This document shows, piece by piece, positions 14,901 to 29,900 of a DNA stretch of 64,000 nt. Both the position numbers and the translations under genes were made by a program. The stretch covers positions 386,332 through 450,331 of the forward strand of contig JBAZNR010000001.1 in assembly GCA_041649175.1 (NCBI GenBank), given 5' to 3'. The notes under the pieces were generated by a model. The model had not been told where the DNA came from, ran no database searches, and saw only the letters and a list, made by a program, of their open reading frames with translations. Source of the stretch: Candidatus Omnitrophota bacterium. GTDB lineage: Bacteria; Omnitrophota; Gorgyraeia; Zapsychrales; JBAZNR01. Positions within the stretch are counted from its first letter, which is position 1. Each line of letters begins with the position of its first letter.

Positions 14901-17900
14901 ATCTGGCTGACGTAAAACGATAAAGGCATAACAACACTATCCGTAACGACTTCAGTCGTTCTTTGAGTAACCGGTAAGCTATCTATGTAGAAGGTTCTGT
15001 TACCTTCACTATCAATGCTGACACCAGAGGCATCACGCTCATAAAGTTCTTTTTTGAAATCAGGAACATTAGCGCCGTATTCTAAAATACCGCCTTCGTT
15101 GGCAGCCGGATTAACGCGCGGGCCGGAGATAATGGCTTTTGGCGGTAAGCGGCCTTCTTTAGGAGTAATAATGACTGAGTCAGTCACAACATCGTTCTTA
15201 TCAAACCAGCGGTAAATAATTGATTGACCGGTTCTCAGATCCTTCGTGTTGATCGCATCCATTTCGGCTTGCGTATAAAGATAATAGCTTCCGTGAGGCG
15301 TGATAGCGCGGGCTAAAGGAACACGATTAGGCTTAGCAACTAAGATGCCAACTTCCCCTTCTTTAACGATAGTTGTATCGGTAACAACGGTTAAACCTTT
15401 AGGTAATGTCACCGCGTAAGAACTATCTCCTCTGGTTTCATGAACGGTTAAAAGAACATCTTGAGATTCTGTTAAGACGCTTGATGAAACCGCGCTCATA
15501 TCATTCACAGCCACGGTTCTGGTTCCACTGGCGCCCATTACAATGACATCCGCTTGTTGGCCAACGTCTTCACGGTTGAACCAATAATCGGTCAGGGCTG
15601 TTTCTTCGCTGTAAATAACGACCGGATGAATGGCGCGTCCATCATTGTAGCGGCCAAGATCGCCCGCCGGGTTGACATCCGCTTCAGCCACACCGTCCAC
15701 TAAAACATTCATTCCTTCGCGATGTGGGAGAACTTGTTTGACAGTTAACGGTACGCCTCTGGTTTCATAATAGGTAGCCAGGATCTCGCCGGTTATAGGA
15801 TGGATCTCGGCACCGACGATACGATTACCTTTTTCATCAAACCCGACATAAATATTATATTGTTTTTGGATATTTTCCAACATCTTAGCCGACGGAACAA
15901 TGTAGCGTTGGCCGGGCTGCATATCCCAGGCTTTATTTTCCGGATGTTTAGGATCATCAATGAATGTCTGGATCAAAGGAACATCGCTTCCCTCTTTGGT
16001 TAAAAAGCGTGTGGATGAAAATTCCAAGTATTTTCCTGCCTTGCCTTTGCTTTCCATATATTCTTGAAGATTATATTTAAATCCAAAGACATACCACTGG
16101 GCCGGATCTTTTCTTTCGCGGCCGTTTTCATCAATGACAATTAAGCTGTCGCCTTTTTGTCCGCGTTCGATCACATACATTAAATTATTATCTTTGTTGT
16201 CATAGGCGATTCTGTTGAACGCGACCTCTAATTGGCTTGGGATATACGCAACACTATAGCCGTCAAAGATCCAAGATTGACGTCCATCACCGAAGATTTG
16301 CTTTCCAATGCCGTAACCAAGTGCTTTTCTGAATACATCAGGGAAAATGGCGGCCGGGCCGAATTGATAAAAATTACCGTTATCGGAAGCGATAAAGCTG
16401 GAGTCTTTTAAGACCGGATTGGTATGGAATTTCGTATGTTTAAAGGTTAAGGCATTAATGAACACAGAATTGTCGGTGGATTCCCAGATCCCGCCGTTTT
16501 GTTCGGGGTCAATTTTATTGCTGACAATTTGATTACGAACACCGGATATGGCGTCGATCATATAAACGGCGCCGGCAAATTCACCGAGGGTCAAATGTCC
16601 GCGGAAAAGGTGTTTGAAGGATTCATCGGCGCCCAAACCTTGGTTGAGCAATTCAAAATACGGCGTGTACGGTGAATTGATAATAACGTTGACACCAAAA
16701 CCCTTAAGGTATTCCGGTAAAACTCCATTGAGCGATTTATGATATAAGGCATTGCCCGGTTTCCAATTCCATCCTAAACCTAATCCTAAGCGGGTTGCGC
16801 CTGTATTATAGGTTCCATAAATATTCTGGTAGTCATCAATGATCTTCGATTGAACACTGTCAGGTAAGGAAACAAAGCTTCGGGCATGGGCTGAGATAAC
16901 GGCATAGATGCTATTATCTAACTTATGAATTCTTTCTAAGGAAAGAACCGTATCGCTTAAGGCGAGGCTGTCCCATGATCGCAATTCTTCTCGCATATCT
17001 TCGATGTTGTGGATAACATCTAAAGAATCAGCGATAAGTTTTGCTTCCGCGGAATCAAGCGCGGCCGTTGTGGAGGCGGCCAGTGGGAAGCTGATATTTT
17101 TATTGCTTAAATATCCGTCCGGATCAACAGCTTTACCATTGATTCTTACTTCAAAATGCAAATGCGGTGTTGTAGTGTTATTGGCATTACCGCTGATACC
17201 GGTGAAACCTAAAGTGTCGCCTTTGCTGACTTCTTGGCCGGCTTTCACATTTGTTTCGCTTAAATGAGCATAAATAGCTTTCGTAGCGCCGCTATCAACC
17301 CAAACGTGAAGCCCGAAACCATCTTCGCTGTTACCGACACCAACGATGCCACCCTGCGCCGCAATGACCGGAGTTCCAACGGAAGCGGCAATATCAATAC
17401 CGCCGTGTTCGTAACTCACTTCTTTTCCATCCACCATCTTGGTTCTATGGTCGCCAAAATGCCCGTTCGGAGTTAACGTGAAGAGGTCAGCGCTAAGATC
17501 TAAGGCTCTATTTGTTTCTAATTGGGCTGTTTCGGTAGGATCATTCTCAACCACCGGCGTAAATTCTTCGGTTGAGTTAGAAGCGCCAAATGTGCCCGGG
17601 CCTTCAATAGCGTAAGGATGTTGTTCGGCCGCGAAAACATCCGACGGCATCGCAACCAACATGCCGGTCAAGTAAGATAATCCTAAGAACACTGAGGTCA
17701 ATCTCGGATGACGGCGATAAACATCACGGACGAGAGCAAAAATAGATTGTGGTTCGTCATAATACTCTTCAGCGGTCGTCTTTTCCTGGAAGGCCGCCCA
17801 ATTTTCCTCCGGAGTAAGTAGTGTTTCCTCTTCGGGCTCTAAACCTTCTCCGCTGGTCGCGTTGACATCTTCTTCGGTGTAAAAACCAAATCCCGCTTTG

Positions 17901-20900
17901 TAAATCATACGGCGATGTGCATTCATTAATTGCTCATTTAATTCTTCTTCAGTCAATTCATCAAATGTTTTAGCCGGCTCTACGGTTTCTTCTGTTGAGA
18001 TCTCTTCCGTTGCGGGTTCTTCTGTAACAGCCTCTTCTTGAACTTCTTCTTGCGTGGATTTTTCAGCGCGAACTCTCTTTGTTTCTTTGACAATGGCGGC
18101 AATAACTACGGCAATTGCACCTACCGCTAAAATACTGCCTCCGTTGTCGGGAGAAGCTGTTGTGCTAGCCGTCGTCTGGGCGAAGAGATTACTGCTTGGG
18201 GCAATGATCATGGCAATGATGAACGCGTCTTTGAGATGTTCTCTGAACCATGCAAAAACCGGGGAAAATTTTGATCGATGGGTGAAGTATTTGATTGATC
18301 TTTGAACACGTTTTAAGTTGTAAACGATCGGCGCTACGGCAGCCCAGAATATCATTGCGCCGATCGCATAAGCAATGATATCCCCTATGTCTTCGGTCAA
18401 CGTAAGCCAATAAAGATTGTGCTGATTAATAAAGTCGCTAAAGAATTCTTGTATGCTTAAAGCAACCGTCACGGCCATCAGCGTCACAGGGAAAAGATTA
18501 GGATTAACAGGCTTAATGGGCCTGATCTTTTGTTCCGGAGAACTGTGTTCGTTAAACATGAACTTGGCAATGATCTTAGATTTTCTGGCGATCTCAACTA
18601 AACCAAGAACCACGCTTGTATACCACATCGGATCTAAGACATTAGCGAAATAATCATGCGCCAACGGGCTGATAGCTTTAAAATCTATATAAGCAAAGAA
18701 ATAAAGGAAAATAGCGATCGGCGCGAAAACAAAGTTCTGTCTTAATGAGTAAACTCCGAAAAGGATCGTGCCGCCATAAATAATGATCGGGGATAAAATA
18801 CCTAAAATGCTGGCATCCCACGGCCAAACATCGCCTTGCGCGCCAAAAGCCGCAACTGCCGTTACGGCTAAGGCGGCGAGAATTGCCGTTAAGAAGTTCG
18901 GAGCGACAAAAGAGTTCTTGGTTTTTTCTGATTTAGTTTCTGCTAATTCAACTTCCTGTTTGGCGGTTTCATTGTTCACAAATCCATACGTGCCCGGCCA
19001 GAACCAGAGGAGCGCGATCTGCCCTGCTGAAAACGCCAATTTTAAGATCGGGTCAACCACGCTTACGAACCATTGCGGCATATTGCCTTTACCGAAAAGT
19101 AATTGCGTGGCGTCTGTTTTGAGATAATTTCCGCTGGCGTCTTTGCCCGGGATAAGCGGAATGAGGTTCATAACAAAGAGGAATAAGTTAAGCCAGAAAC
19201 TGTTGGATAAGGCAATGGTTATCAAAAGCTTGAGGCTGATCGCGCCGATCATGATGGATGCAGGGAAGAAAGCAATGACAGCTAAAAGCAATAACCCGGA
19301 AACAGCGAATAATTTAAAGTTATTCCCAGGGCCGGCAAAAATAACTTTTCGATATTCGCTTCCAGTCGTGTAGTCATGGTTGACGCTGACCGGAATAGCC
19401 GCGCCGACTTTAATACCTAAAAACGGTTTAAGAATCGTTTCTTTAAAACTAATGTGCTTCCAAATCTTCCAAACGGTCGCTCTTTCAGGTAAAGATTCTG
19501 TCTTATCGCCAAATAGCAAGGCTGTGATCGCGTGTCCATATTCGTGATAGGCCAAGTAGAGAAGAACGGACGGCCAGACAACAGCCATCCACAACCAACG
19601 TTCCCCAACGAAGAATCCAACAAAAGCCATAAGATCAAATTGACCTAAAGCTAACACAGCGTCTTTCATGGTCGTCAATAACCCGCCAACAGAAAGCATG
19701 GTCGGGTCAATACCGAAAAGTGCGATCGCGATCGCCATCAAGGCAACCGTAACAATTGTACCGACCACAGCAACCGCCACCGGTAAACCGATGCGTTTGA
19801 GCAAAGAATCTTTTTCACGTAATGGCTGACCGTCACCTTTAGTGCGCGGGAAACCTTCCCCGGCTAAACGGTCATGAGCGGCAACGGTAGCTATTTCTTT
19901 AATACGTTTTTCGCTCAGCAATTCAACAATATCTTTTAAAGGACGATTACCGATCAACATCATCTGTAAGACGCGGCTAATCGCTAAAGTCTCTTTGAAT
20001 AATCTTAATTGGCCGTCTTCATCTTTTTCATCAAAGCTGACAATAGAATTTCCGTTAATGAAATCTCTATTAGAAAGATGTTGACCTATACTGCGGCGAA
20101 TAACTTCTCTTTCTTCTTCAGAGGCTTCTAAAATCTTACTGAGGGAAATTGTTCTGTTATTCTGGTTCCAGATCTCACCTAACTGTTCTTCCGTTAAGTC
20201 TAAGCGGCCGCTCACTAAACTCAAGAAGATCGCTTTTTCTTCTTCGGTTGAAAATGACTGTACGGCCCCAAACGCTTGATTGATAGAAATTGACGCTACA
20301 AAATAATCGGAAAGGCCGAATAACTTTTTAGCTTGTTTTTGAGTTAAAGTACCACGTTCTAAAGCTTCTTTGCCCTTTGTGGTTTTCCAAAATCTCTTGA
20401 GCCACGGACGATCTTTGGTCAAACCTTTAAGTTGATCTTTATCAGCAACCAGATAAACGGGCTGATCTTTAATCGCTTGAGCGGTTTTCTTAACGACATC
20501 AATTTTGGCCGGATCAACTAAATATTCATTGTTGGCGAAGTAAAGTGCGGCGGCCGACGGATTGGAAAGAATGAAATAAAGTGTCGAGACATCAATGGTA
20601 GCTCTTAAGAATTCTTGGGCTAAAATCGCATTGTAAAAAAGTTGCGGATTGTTGGTTAAATCTTCAAATCGGTCTAAAGCTTCTTGCAAGGCGGTAACGT
20701 TCATATCATCCTTAATGAACGGCAGGACTTTTTCGTCTTCAATGCTTAAATCTTCCGTTGCCAATGTGCCGTTAGAAAGCCAAAACGCGCGTGCGTCTAC
20801 GGTTAAAGCACCACGGCGCACTAATTCAAATCCTAATTCTCGAAGTTGACGTTCGAGAGCAATGCGGCGTTTTTCAATATCTAATTCTTTGGATAAATAA

Positions 20901-23900
20901 CCTAAGGCTTTGATGATCTCTTCTGCTTCTTTTTGAGCGGATTTTTTGCCGCTTTGAAGAATATTCATCAGCTTTTCATTTAATTCTTTAGCAATATCAT
21001 TTAACTCATTCTCGGCTTCTAAGATCTGTCTAGAGGCTAAACGCTCGATATTGCGTAAAGCGCGGTTGTAAGCTTGTTCGTCATTTTGAATTTCATCGGT
21101 TAAGTCTCTACCGGAATCTCTTCCTTCTTCTTCACGAAATTCATACGTTAAGGTGAAGACTTCAACCATGTGGCGGTCATAGGATTCTAAAGCTTGTTCG
21201 TCTTTTTTATTGAAGATAAGAACAGTTAAAGCTTTGATGGCTTCTAAATTAGCTAAGGCGAGCTTGGCGCGTTTGCCGTCATACAGACGATGAATGGCGC
21301 TAATGATCTCCTCTTCATTGTATTTACCCTTCTTTAGATCAAAGGCAATGCCTTCGGCGATCTCGGAATAATCGAAGAGATTGATCTCTTCATCTTCTAG
21401 GGTTAATGTTTCACCGGCGAGTAAGCGGATAAGAGCATCTTCATCATTGGCAACTAATCGTTCCACGAGGATATCAGCGGCGGCACCGCGTTCAAAAGGC
21501 TGTTGGGCGGCGTCTTCAGTGTTGCGAGTCTTTCCGGAGAGAATATCTAATAATTCACTTACCGGTTTATTGGCTAAGGCGCGATACGCGCGGGTATAAC
21601 GGACATCATCAACTAAAGCGGAACCGTTGTTTTGATTTCTATTTAAAGGAACCACCCGGCCGGCGTCTTTTTGGCCGTTTTTGCTTTCAGCTGCCACGGA
21701 GACCGAGGTATCCCTCGGGAGGGGCCGAAGGGCCTCGGCTCCGTTGTTGGCAACTTTAAATCTGTTAGAATGACCGTTTAAAGACCGCGCGAAATCAACT
21801 AATTCCATCGTCATGGAGAAGTCTTCGTCTACGCCGACTTCATGATTAACAATAACCAATTGACCTAAGGAACGAACGGCTTTTAATGAAGATTTGATCT
21901 TTCCTAAATTGGATAATCTTTGATTGATCTGAATGCGTTCATCAAGCTCTCCTCTGCCGAATGTTTCTAAGGCGAATACAATAGCGGCTAAAGGATTCAT
22001 CATATCTTGAACGCTATATTCATCGCCTACCATCAAACCGGAGATCAAAGCTTTTAATGTTTCATCTTCAGTAGCGTCAAAAGAATCATTGATGAAGTTT
22101 CTTAAATTACCGGCCTTGATGTAAAATTCGATAAATTTCGCTTGGTCAACAGCGCCGTTGGAGTTGGCTTCGTTCCAAAGTGTGAATAATTCCGCAATTT
22201 CGGCGATCAGGACATCAATGAATTCTCTTGTTTCTTCGGTCATCCGTCTTTTAGTTGCCGCGGAACTCAAGTCATTCTGCATAACAGAAGCTTGAGTTCC
22301 GTTGGCAACATCGGATCTGCCTTCCGCCACGGAAGAGGCAGATCCGTTTAATGAAACATGGATCCAATCAATGATCGTAATAAGCGGAAAATCTCTGGTG
22401 GTAATCGTCGGCCAAGATCCTAAAGAAAGCCACGCAATCACATTGGTTAATCCTTCGGAAAGGTCGTCGGCTAATTTCACCATTTCATCTTCGTTGTAAT
22501 TTCTGGCTTGGGCCGCTTCGCCTAAGGCTTGGGCTTTCTTGGAAAGATTGATTTCATCTAAAACTCCCATTGTGCTCAGGAGAACTTGTTCCATGCCTCT
22601 GTAGCCTTCAATGTTTTGGGCGATCTTTAACAGAAGCTGATCAACGATATAGATGTATTCGCCGCGACGTCTCACCGACACTTTATCGCGGGCTTCGGCG
22701 AGATCGTTTTTGATGCGAGTAAGCATCTTGATCAAACGCTCGGCTCTTTGTTTGTTGACGGTCGTTCTGACGCGGTCGGAAATAAATCCCGGGAATATTT
22801 CAGCTAAGGATTCTTCTTGGTGTTCGGTAACCGGCGCAACAGGAGCTCTGTCAGCCGTAGGTTCTAATCCTTCGTTGGATTTAACCAACATCTCGATCGC
22901 ACGGTTAATTCGGCTTTGGAATTGCTGTTCGGTTAAGATCCAGCTCATTTCAATTCGTTCAAACGCGGGATTGAAGAGGCGGATCACTTTATCTTCGAAT
23001 TTATCAGTGGCAAAACTTAAAGTCGCCGCGAAAACCATGGCGAAAACAACCCAGATGAACCAAGGCTGATGAATAATATTCGCGATTTGATCAGCAAAGC
23101 TGACATGGGAAACAACGCTTAAAACTGTGTCTTGAGCGGCGTTGAATGTATCCACGGCAGCTTTGGTTAACGTATCAATGACGGTTGTATCTTGAACAAC
23201 CGGCGTTGTCACAGTTTGAACAGCCGTATCAGCAACTGCCGAAACGTGCTCGACACCGGTTAAGGCGTTTTGCACCGTTTCAGGCAATTGCAAATTGGAA
23301 AGATCGATGCTTTCTCCGACGCGAATGACATCAGGATTGAAATTATTATTTACGCTTGCGGCAAGGCTGTCGGCTTTATGAGAAGCGCCGTTGAATAATC
23401 TTCCGGAGAGAAGCGATTGAACATATCCTTGCGGATCGACCATTTGGTAGGCCAATCTCATTTTCTCTAAGATATGGCCCCAGGTATCGCCGTTTTGGAC
23501 GATGGCCTGAAGTTTTCCGGAAGCGTCATAAGCGAATTCAACAGCCTGGGCAACTTGAGCGTCAATTAATTTGGCGAGGACAACTAAGGCGGTTACGATT
23601 TTCTTGAGGTTAGATCTCAATGCGGGAATGACACGTAAAGCTTGGGGCGCCTTGTTGCCGTGCAATGACGCTGCGATGGCGAACAACAGTTTGCTCATTC
23701 TCTGCCAGAGGATGCCAGCGATTTTGTTGGCGCGTGTAGACGCGTCCGCTGTTGTGGATGAGGAAGAGGCAGAGCTTGTTTTGTTCCCCGCGGGCGGCAG
23801 CGAACGTGCAGTCGTCCTTGGGGTAATCAATGAAATGCTTAAATTGTAAAGTATCCATAATACACCTCCGTGGCTTGTAGGTTTATTGTTGGATTTGGTT

Positions 23901-26900
23901 TGTTGGCCTAACTGGGCTTTTGAAGCGAGATTGGAAGGTTCACTAGACAAGACGAATCCCGCGTGGCTTTCTCGCGAGATTTGAGGTATGTTGGAAACTA
24001 TTTCTCGTGAAGATCCTGGTCTATTTGTAATATCTGAAGCTTGACCGGTAACTTCAGATACTGCCTTAAGGCCTTGTTCGTCTTCAGCAGCATAAGCTTC
24101 GTTAGTACCTACGATCGCCCTAAGGGCGTTCATAGACGCGGCGGCTAATCTTCCCCATATATAGGAAGCTACCGCGCTAAAGCTTACATTCCCGGCTTCG
24201 ATTCGTCCTTCTTCAGGGCGGACTCCGGGAATCTGAGATAATTGAGTATTCTCATCCTTGACGGTGGATGAGAATCTTCCACTGACTTTAGGGGTGTGGC
24301 TGGTATCAGCAGAAGTTACTCTATTATCCTGGCCGTTAACATCTAAAGAGCGAACAGACGCCTTATCTCCACTAAAGATCCTAGTGGACGGTTTGGCAAA
24401 TCCGGAGATCTCAACTGCCACTGCTAGTGTTTCTTGGCGCAGACCTCTCGCACCACCAGTTCTGAAGTTTCCTTCAGAGCTTGTTATTAAGCTTACGCTT
24501 AATTTTTCTGCTTTGTTTCGTATTTCTAGAGCCAGTCTGCTTAAAGCAGCAAACAACAGGCTAACTCCCGTGGTTTTTTGTTCCGCGCTTATACTTTGCT
24601 CTGTCTGCACCATTGCGGAAATGGTGGACAGCGAGACAATACCAGGATCTTGTCTGACGGTTAAACCACTGAAATGCCTCACCTGTCTTTCAACAGCAAA
24701 TCCTGGGCTTTCTACGGAGTTGCTGGCAACAACGATCGTGTTCGGCTTGGCAAAATCCGGCTTCGTTACAGCTATTTCTGTTGGGGCTTTTCCTGAAGTG
24801 CTTCCCTTGGAAGTATTAGGCTCTTCCTGAGGCGCAGGAATGGAGGTTGTTGCTGAAGCCGCGCCAAACGGATCACGTTTTTCACTTAAAGGAATTCTTG
24901 TGCTACTGTCAGCGCTCTTATTAGAGGAAGTACGTGCTAAGCGAAATACGGCTTGAGTAAAGTCCTGCACTCTTCCCATAATAAGCGCCGGCATTGGCAG
25001 AGGCATTTGTAGCGGCGCCGGAGCCAATATCGGGCTTTGCTCTAAAGGTTGTTGTAACTGAATAGCAGGTAAAGCCGATTCTTGGGCTACATTTGGCAAT
25101 ATTTGCTTTATGCTGGCCTTATCTTCTGCCAAGACGCCTATCGCTGGCTGAATCGGTTGAACAACAGTACTTGATACGACAGGAATCGGCCTTAATCGAA
25201 CAAATTCCTTGGTTCCATTATGACCTTTTCCAAAAATTGCTTTATACCCGTTTAAATGCGGAGCCCAATTTCTTGGAATATTGCTGGGGATAAGAAAATC
25301 ATGCAAAATAAATCCAGTTTCATTCAAATATGGCCTGATATTCTGTAAGTGGGGCGCATATTTCTCATTCAAATGCGCCATTCCTAAAGTACTTAAAATA
25401 ATATTGATCTCTCCGGGCTCAAAATAATCCGTAAAATGTTCTTCCGTATCCAAAATAAACCTGATGCCGGATGGAGCCTTTTGCCATTCTTCATGATACA
25501 TATTGGCAAAACCAACAAGCTGGACATTGGTAATTTTCTTTCGTTTAAGTTCTCTGGCAATTTCAATAAGAGCCCTGGCTCTTCCAACGCCCCAATCCAC
25601 CACAGTGATAACTTTACCTTTATTATGGCCGGCTAAACCGATAATTTCATTGACCACATTGGTATTAAAGGTTTCATTCATTGACCGCAAGCTTGTATCT
25701 AAACCAAGCCATTTTTCCAAAAATTTATTGCGCAAGTTCATGCCAATCCACTGGCGAGATTCTGTCGTTTCGGAAGCTAAGCCTAATCCTTCTTCGTCTT
25801 CCATCAAGATAGATTTATCTTCAAGTTGTGCAATATCCGGCCAACGGGTTTCAAGAACCGCGCCGCCGGTTAAAGCATATGTGTATTTTGAATTCGTATC
25901 GGAAAGTGCGCTTTCATTTTGCAGTAATACCACCATGCCTTTGTCGGCTTTTCCGGGTTGAAATTTTGGTAATTTCATAACAACCGTAATGGTTTCGGAA
26001 GGCGCTTGAGGTTTGGTTGTGGAGATAACCGGCGCATTGTGTAAGCTGGCGCGAACACTTTCGCCGAGTTGCGCGAGGCTAAAAACTTCGCCTTGAGTCT
26101 GGGCGAAAATAATTCCGCCTTTGGCAATGATCGTTTTATCGGCAACGAGCGTTTCCACAACGGAATTATTTTCGCCCAAAGTCAGCACGAAAATATTTTC
26201 GCCGGAAACACGATAAACAGGTTTATTTGTTTCTTGCGCCTGTTCGATCGTTCTTACTAAAAGTTGTTTCTTGGCTGGTGTAGCAACCACCACCAAATTA
26301 TGCGAAGCCGCCGTTGTTGTGATCTTAGATAGAACATTCATCCACGTCGGCATACTGACCGCTTCCACGACGGAACCGACAGATGATTTCTTGCCGATAG
26401 GAACACTGCTAATTCCCCAAGACGAACCAAGATCTTGCTGAGCTGAGGCTAATTCTTGCGCCTGAATTCTTTGTATCCATTCCGTAACTCGTGAAGCCTG
26501 TTTAGCACTATCAACACCGAACATCGTGGAAGAATACGAAGAGATTTGATTTGCTAATTGATCTACGGCAATACCCCTATCCGCGGCTACCCGGCCGAAT
26601 AAAAGGCTTGTTATAATATCATTGTCCGGACGGATATCAACGGCAGGTAAAGCAAGCGCCAAGAGATTGTTCTCAAAAGCCATTCTATCTTCGTGTTTTG
26701 AAACGTTTTGTAAAACTATTTTACCGGCCTCAAAAACAATAGACGCGCCTTGTGTATTTTGCCAGAAGTTTAAGATCATTTGTGACGCGTCGGCCGCTGA
26801 GACGTCACCCAAACGAGCAGCAGTTTCTTCTAAGTTTCTCGCTAATCTTTCAACGGATTCTTGACGAAGAGCTCTTTCTTGCTTTTGTTGTTCGGTTTCG

Positions 26901-29900
26901 GTTAGATCAGCAATCTCTAAATCCGCCCTGAATTCTTCTTCAAGCTCTGAACCCACGATATCATAATATGTATCCATCGCCTGGCTGGCACTTTGCTTAA
27001 TTTCCGGAGAGACAAAAGATTTCGTGGTAAACGCGGCAAGAAAATATCCAATGCTTTTAGCAATTCCGAGAGGTTCTAAAGGATGTCCCGCCAATTGCTT
27101 GTTAGCGCGAAGAGCGTCTCGTTCTTCCAATTTCATTAAAAGAAACACGCTGAGAGCATTAAAATCACTTGTATTCATTTGTGCTTCAGATATACGACTG
27201 ACAATTCCATCAATGCGGTCATATTGACCCATTTCCGCTTCCATCGGATCTTTGTCATCATCAAGCCACGATGTATCAAGAAGTGCCTGAGCAATTTCCG
27301 GAATGTTCACCACATGGCCTTTGTCAGCGAATTCTTGCTTCGCCATCGGTGCTGTCGCAAGTTTTTGAGATGTTTCAACGGATTTCCAATGATCATAATC
27401 AGACCAGGCCACCTTTAACGCATCCTCTACTGGGCCCATAGCTTCCTTAAGATACTCTGGAATCTCATCTGTTTCTCGATACCACTGCGTAAGCCATATT
27501 CCGCTATCCGGATAGGCGGCTACCATTTCTTTTATCCAGCTTTGAGCCAAGGCGACTTTTGCAAAAAGCGGCATCGGAGAGTTTTCAGCTAAACGATCTT
27601 TGAGCCAGCCTAAACGAAGGAGATTAACAGACGGTAAAGAAGCGCCTTCGCGAAAATCAATGATGGGGTTTTTCCCTAAAAGTCTATCCTCAAGATCTTT
27701 GCTCCAATGATTGTCGTGAGGAGCAGGCGTCAAACCTTCTTTTTCCGCAAGCTCATTGCCTGCATATGTCCATCCCCAGTCACTGCCAAACCATGACCAA
27801 TGGCCCCCTCGTGTCGTTGTGTATCCTAAATCAGATATGGCGCTGCCCACATGTTCCGTAATCTCACCTTGAGCATCTAAGGAAACTTGTTTATACTGGG
27901 CTTTACCTAAATTTACTCCTTGTGCAAGAGGTTCACTGCCTAAAACAATAGTTCCTTCCGGTAATTCCAAATTGCCTCTTACCCAGGTATCAACTAAATT
28001 AAATCCTTCCACTTTTGATTTTGGTATGGATGTTAAAGGAAGGATAATCGCATACTTCTTTTGCCCCCAAGAAGAACTGCCCGCTAAACCACTATTTCCT
28101 ACGGAGTGGTTAAGAGCAAAATGAATAGTGTCTCGCGGTATTCCTGCCGCAGATAGATCTGTTTTTATAATCCCGTTTTCTGGAAAATAGTCCGTGCGAT
28201 GAACCATCACCAGATCCGCGGGCTTAAGTCCACCAAGTTCTTTTATCGTTTCAGATTCAGAAGAAAATGCACGCGGCGCCATTTCTGCGGTTTCCCAGCC
28301 ATTATCTAAAGCTTGCTGGAACATTTTTTGAGAAATTGCAGCGGGCAAAGGCATATCATCCGGATGCGGCGGAATATTTTCATGAAGCGGCAAGGCTATG
28401 CCGATTTGTACCGCGTCGCCTTCGGGAATTTGGGAGATTTCAGTTGTTGGAGCCGGTAAAGCCGGGCCGTCTTGATAAACACCCGCGCCGGCCAAGATCG
28501 TCGGAGCGCTGACAAGAATAGGAGATTTTTGAGCTAAAGCTTGTTGTGTCTTTTTGCCAAAACCAAAAGCAGCTGTAAACGCATCCCACAATTGAGCACC
28601 AACGCTGGCATTTGAATTGTTTTGCAAAGCAACTTCTTTTTGGCTGTCTTTATTTTGACCGGCCTTGCTTGAGCCAACCAAGCTCAATAATCCCAAAAAT
28701 CCAAAACCGGCTTGCATCGGGACGCTGACAGGCAATGACGCCGGCGCCGGCATCGTCGGAATACTTCCCACCGGCGCGATCGGAGCAGCCGGCACGACAT
28801 CTTTTACTGAATCGGAAACGCTCGGTGTAAGAGTTTTTGTTCTGGCTTCCTCAAGGATTTTGGGATGAGCAGTATTAATTTCGCTTAAGACCGCCGCCGC
28901 TCTCTTAAGCGAAATGTTGCGCAGCGCGTCATTAAGCGGCGTGTGAATTCTTTGAAGCGCCGTCACCGATTCACCGTTAATCTCCTTGATAAAACTATAC
29001 GCAGAGACGGCTCTAGCTTCAGTTTCTTTTCCGGTTTTTACATCTCGTAATCTAAAATCAGCCTGGTCGATCTGGCTAAAGCCGAAGCCTTTGCCGTGTT
29101 CGGTTGGAAATGTGATATCAATAACTTCGAATGTATGAAGCGCCGTTGTGAGGCGATCGCCGATTTTGACATTTCTCATACGCATCGCTTCCAATGACGC
29201 TCCGGAAAACATGACAACAGACCGGGGATCAGCGGGCATGTTGCTGTTAGGCAAGGTTATGTTTGCCGCCGCATCCGCTCTTATTCCCTGCGCGTCCAGG
29301 GCTTTGCGATCGGCGGTACCCACCGTAAACTTTCGCAGACGGTGGTTAAGATCTTCCACTGATGTTGAGCGCGGGAATAGATCGATTCTCATCCCTGGTT
29401 TTCTGGAATAAACTAGACCATCTTTGGTGGACGCAGTAGCGTAAACACTGTCGCGATTGAACGGGATGCTGACAAAAGCTCCTTCACTTTTCTTAACCGC
29501 CAGATCCGCTAAAATAATGTTCTTCGGATTTTGTTCGTCCTGGATCTGAACAATGGCATGATCCCATTTTCCGGTCGTAACATTCTTAACAAAAAGCACT
29601 TGAGGTTTAAGCCCCAAGGCTTTTCCTAAAATATTCGCCGTAATGGAAAACCCTAAACAATCCGGCATTTTTCCGTATTTCTTAGAGAGAACAACGCTGT
29701 CTAAACTGCTGGAAGAAAAATCAAGTACGGAATCGGCCGTCACATCACCGTCAGGGTAACTAAATCCTAATCCTTGCGGCGCGGATGCTTTGATCCATTT
29801 CACTAAAGTATCAACCTTGGCGCGGGTGTTAGATATAGAATTGAAGTGATCTTTGTTGAAATTCGGGATGCGGCTGACCATGCTTCCAAGCGTTTGCGCT

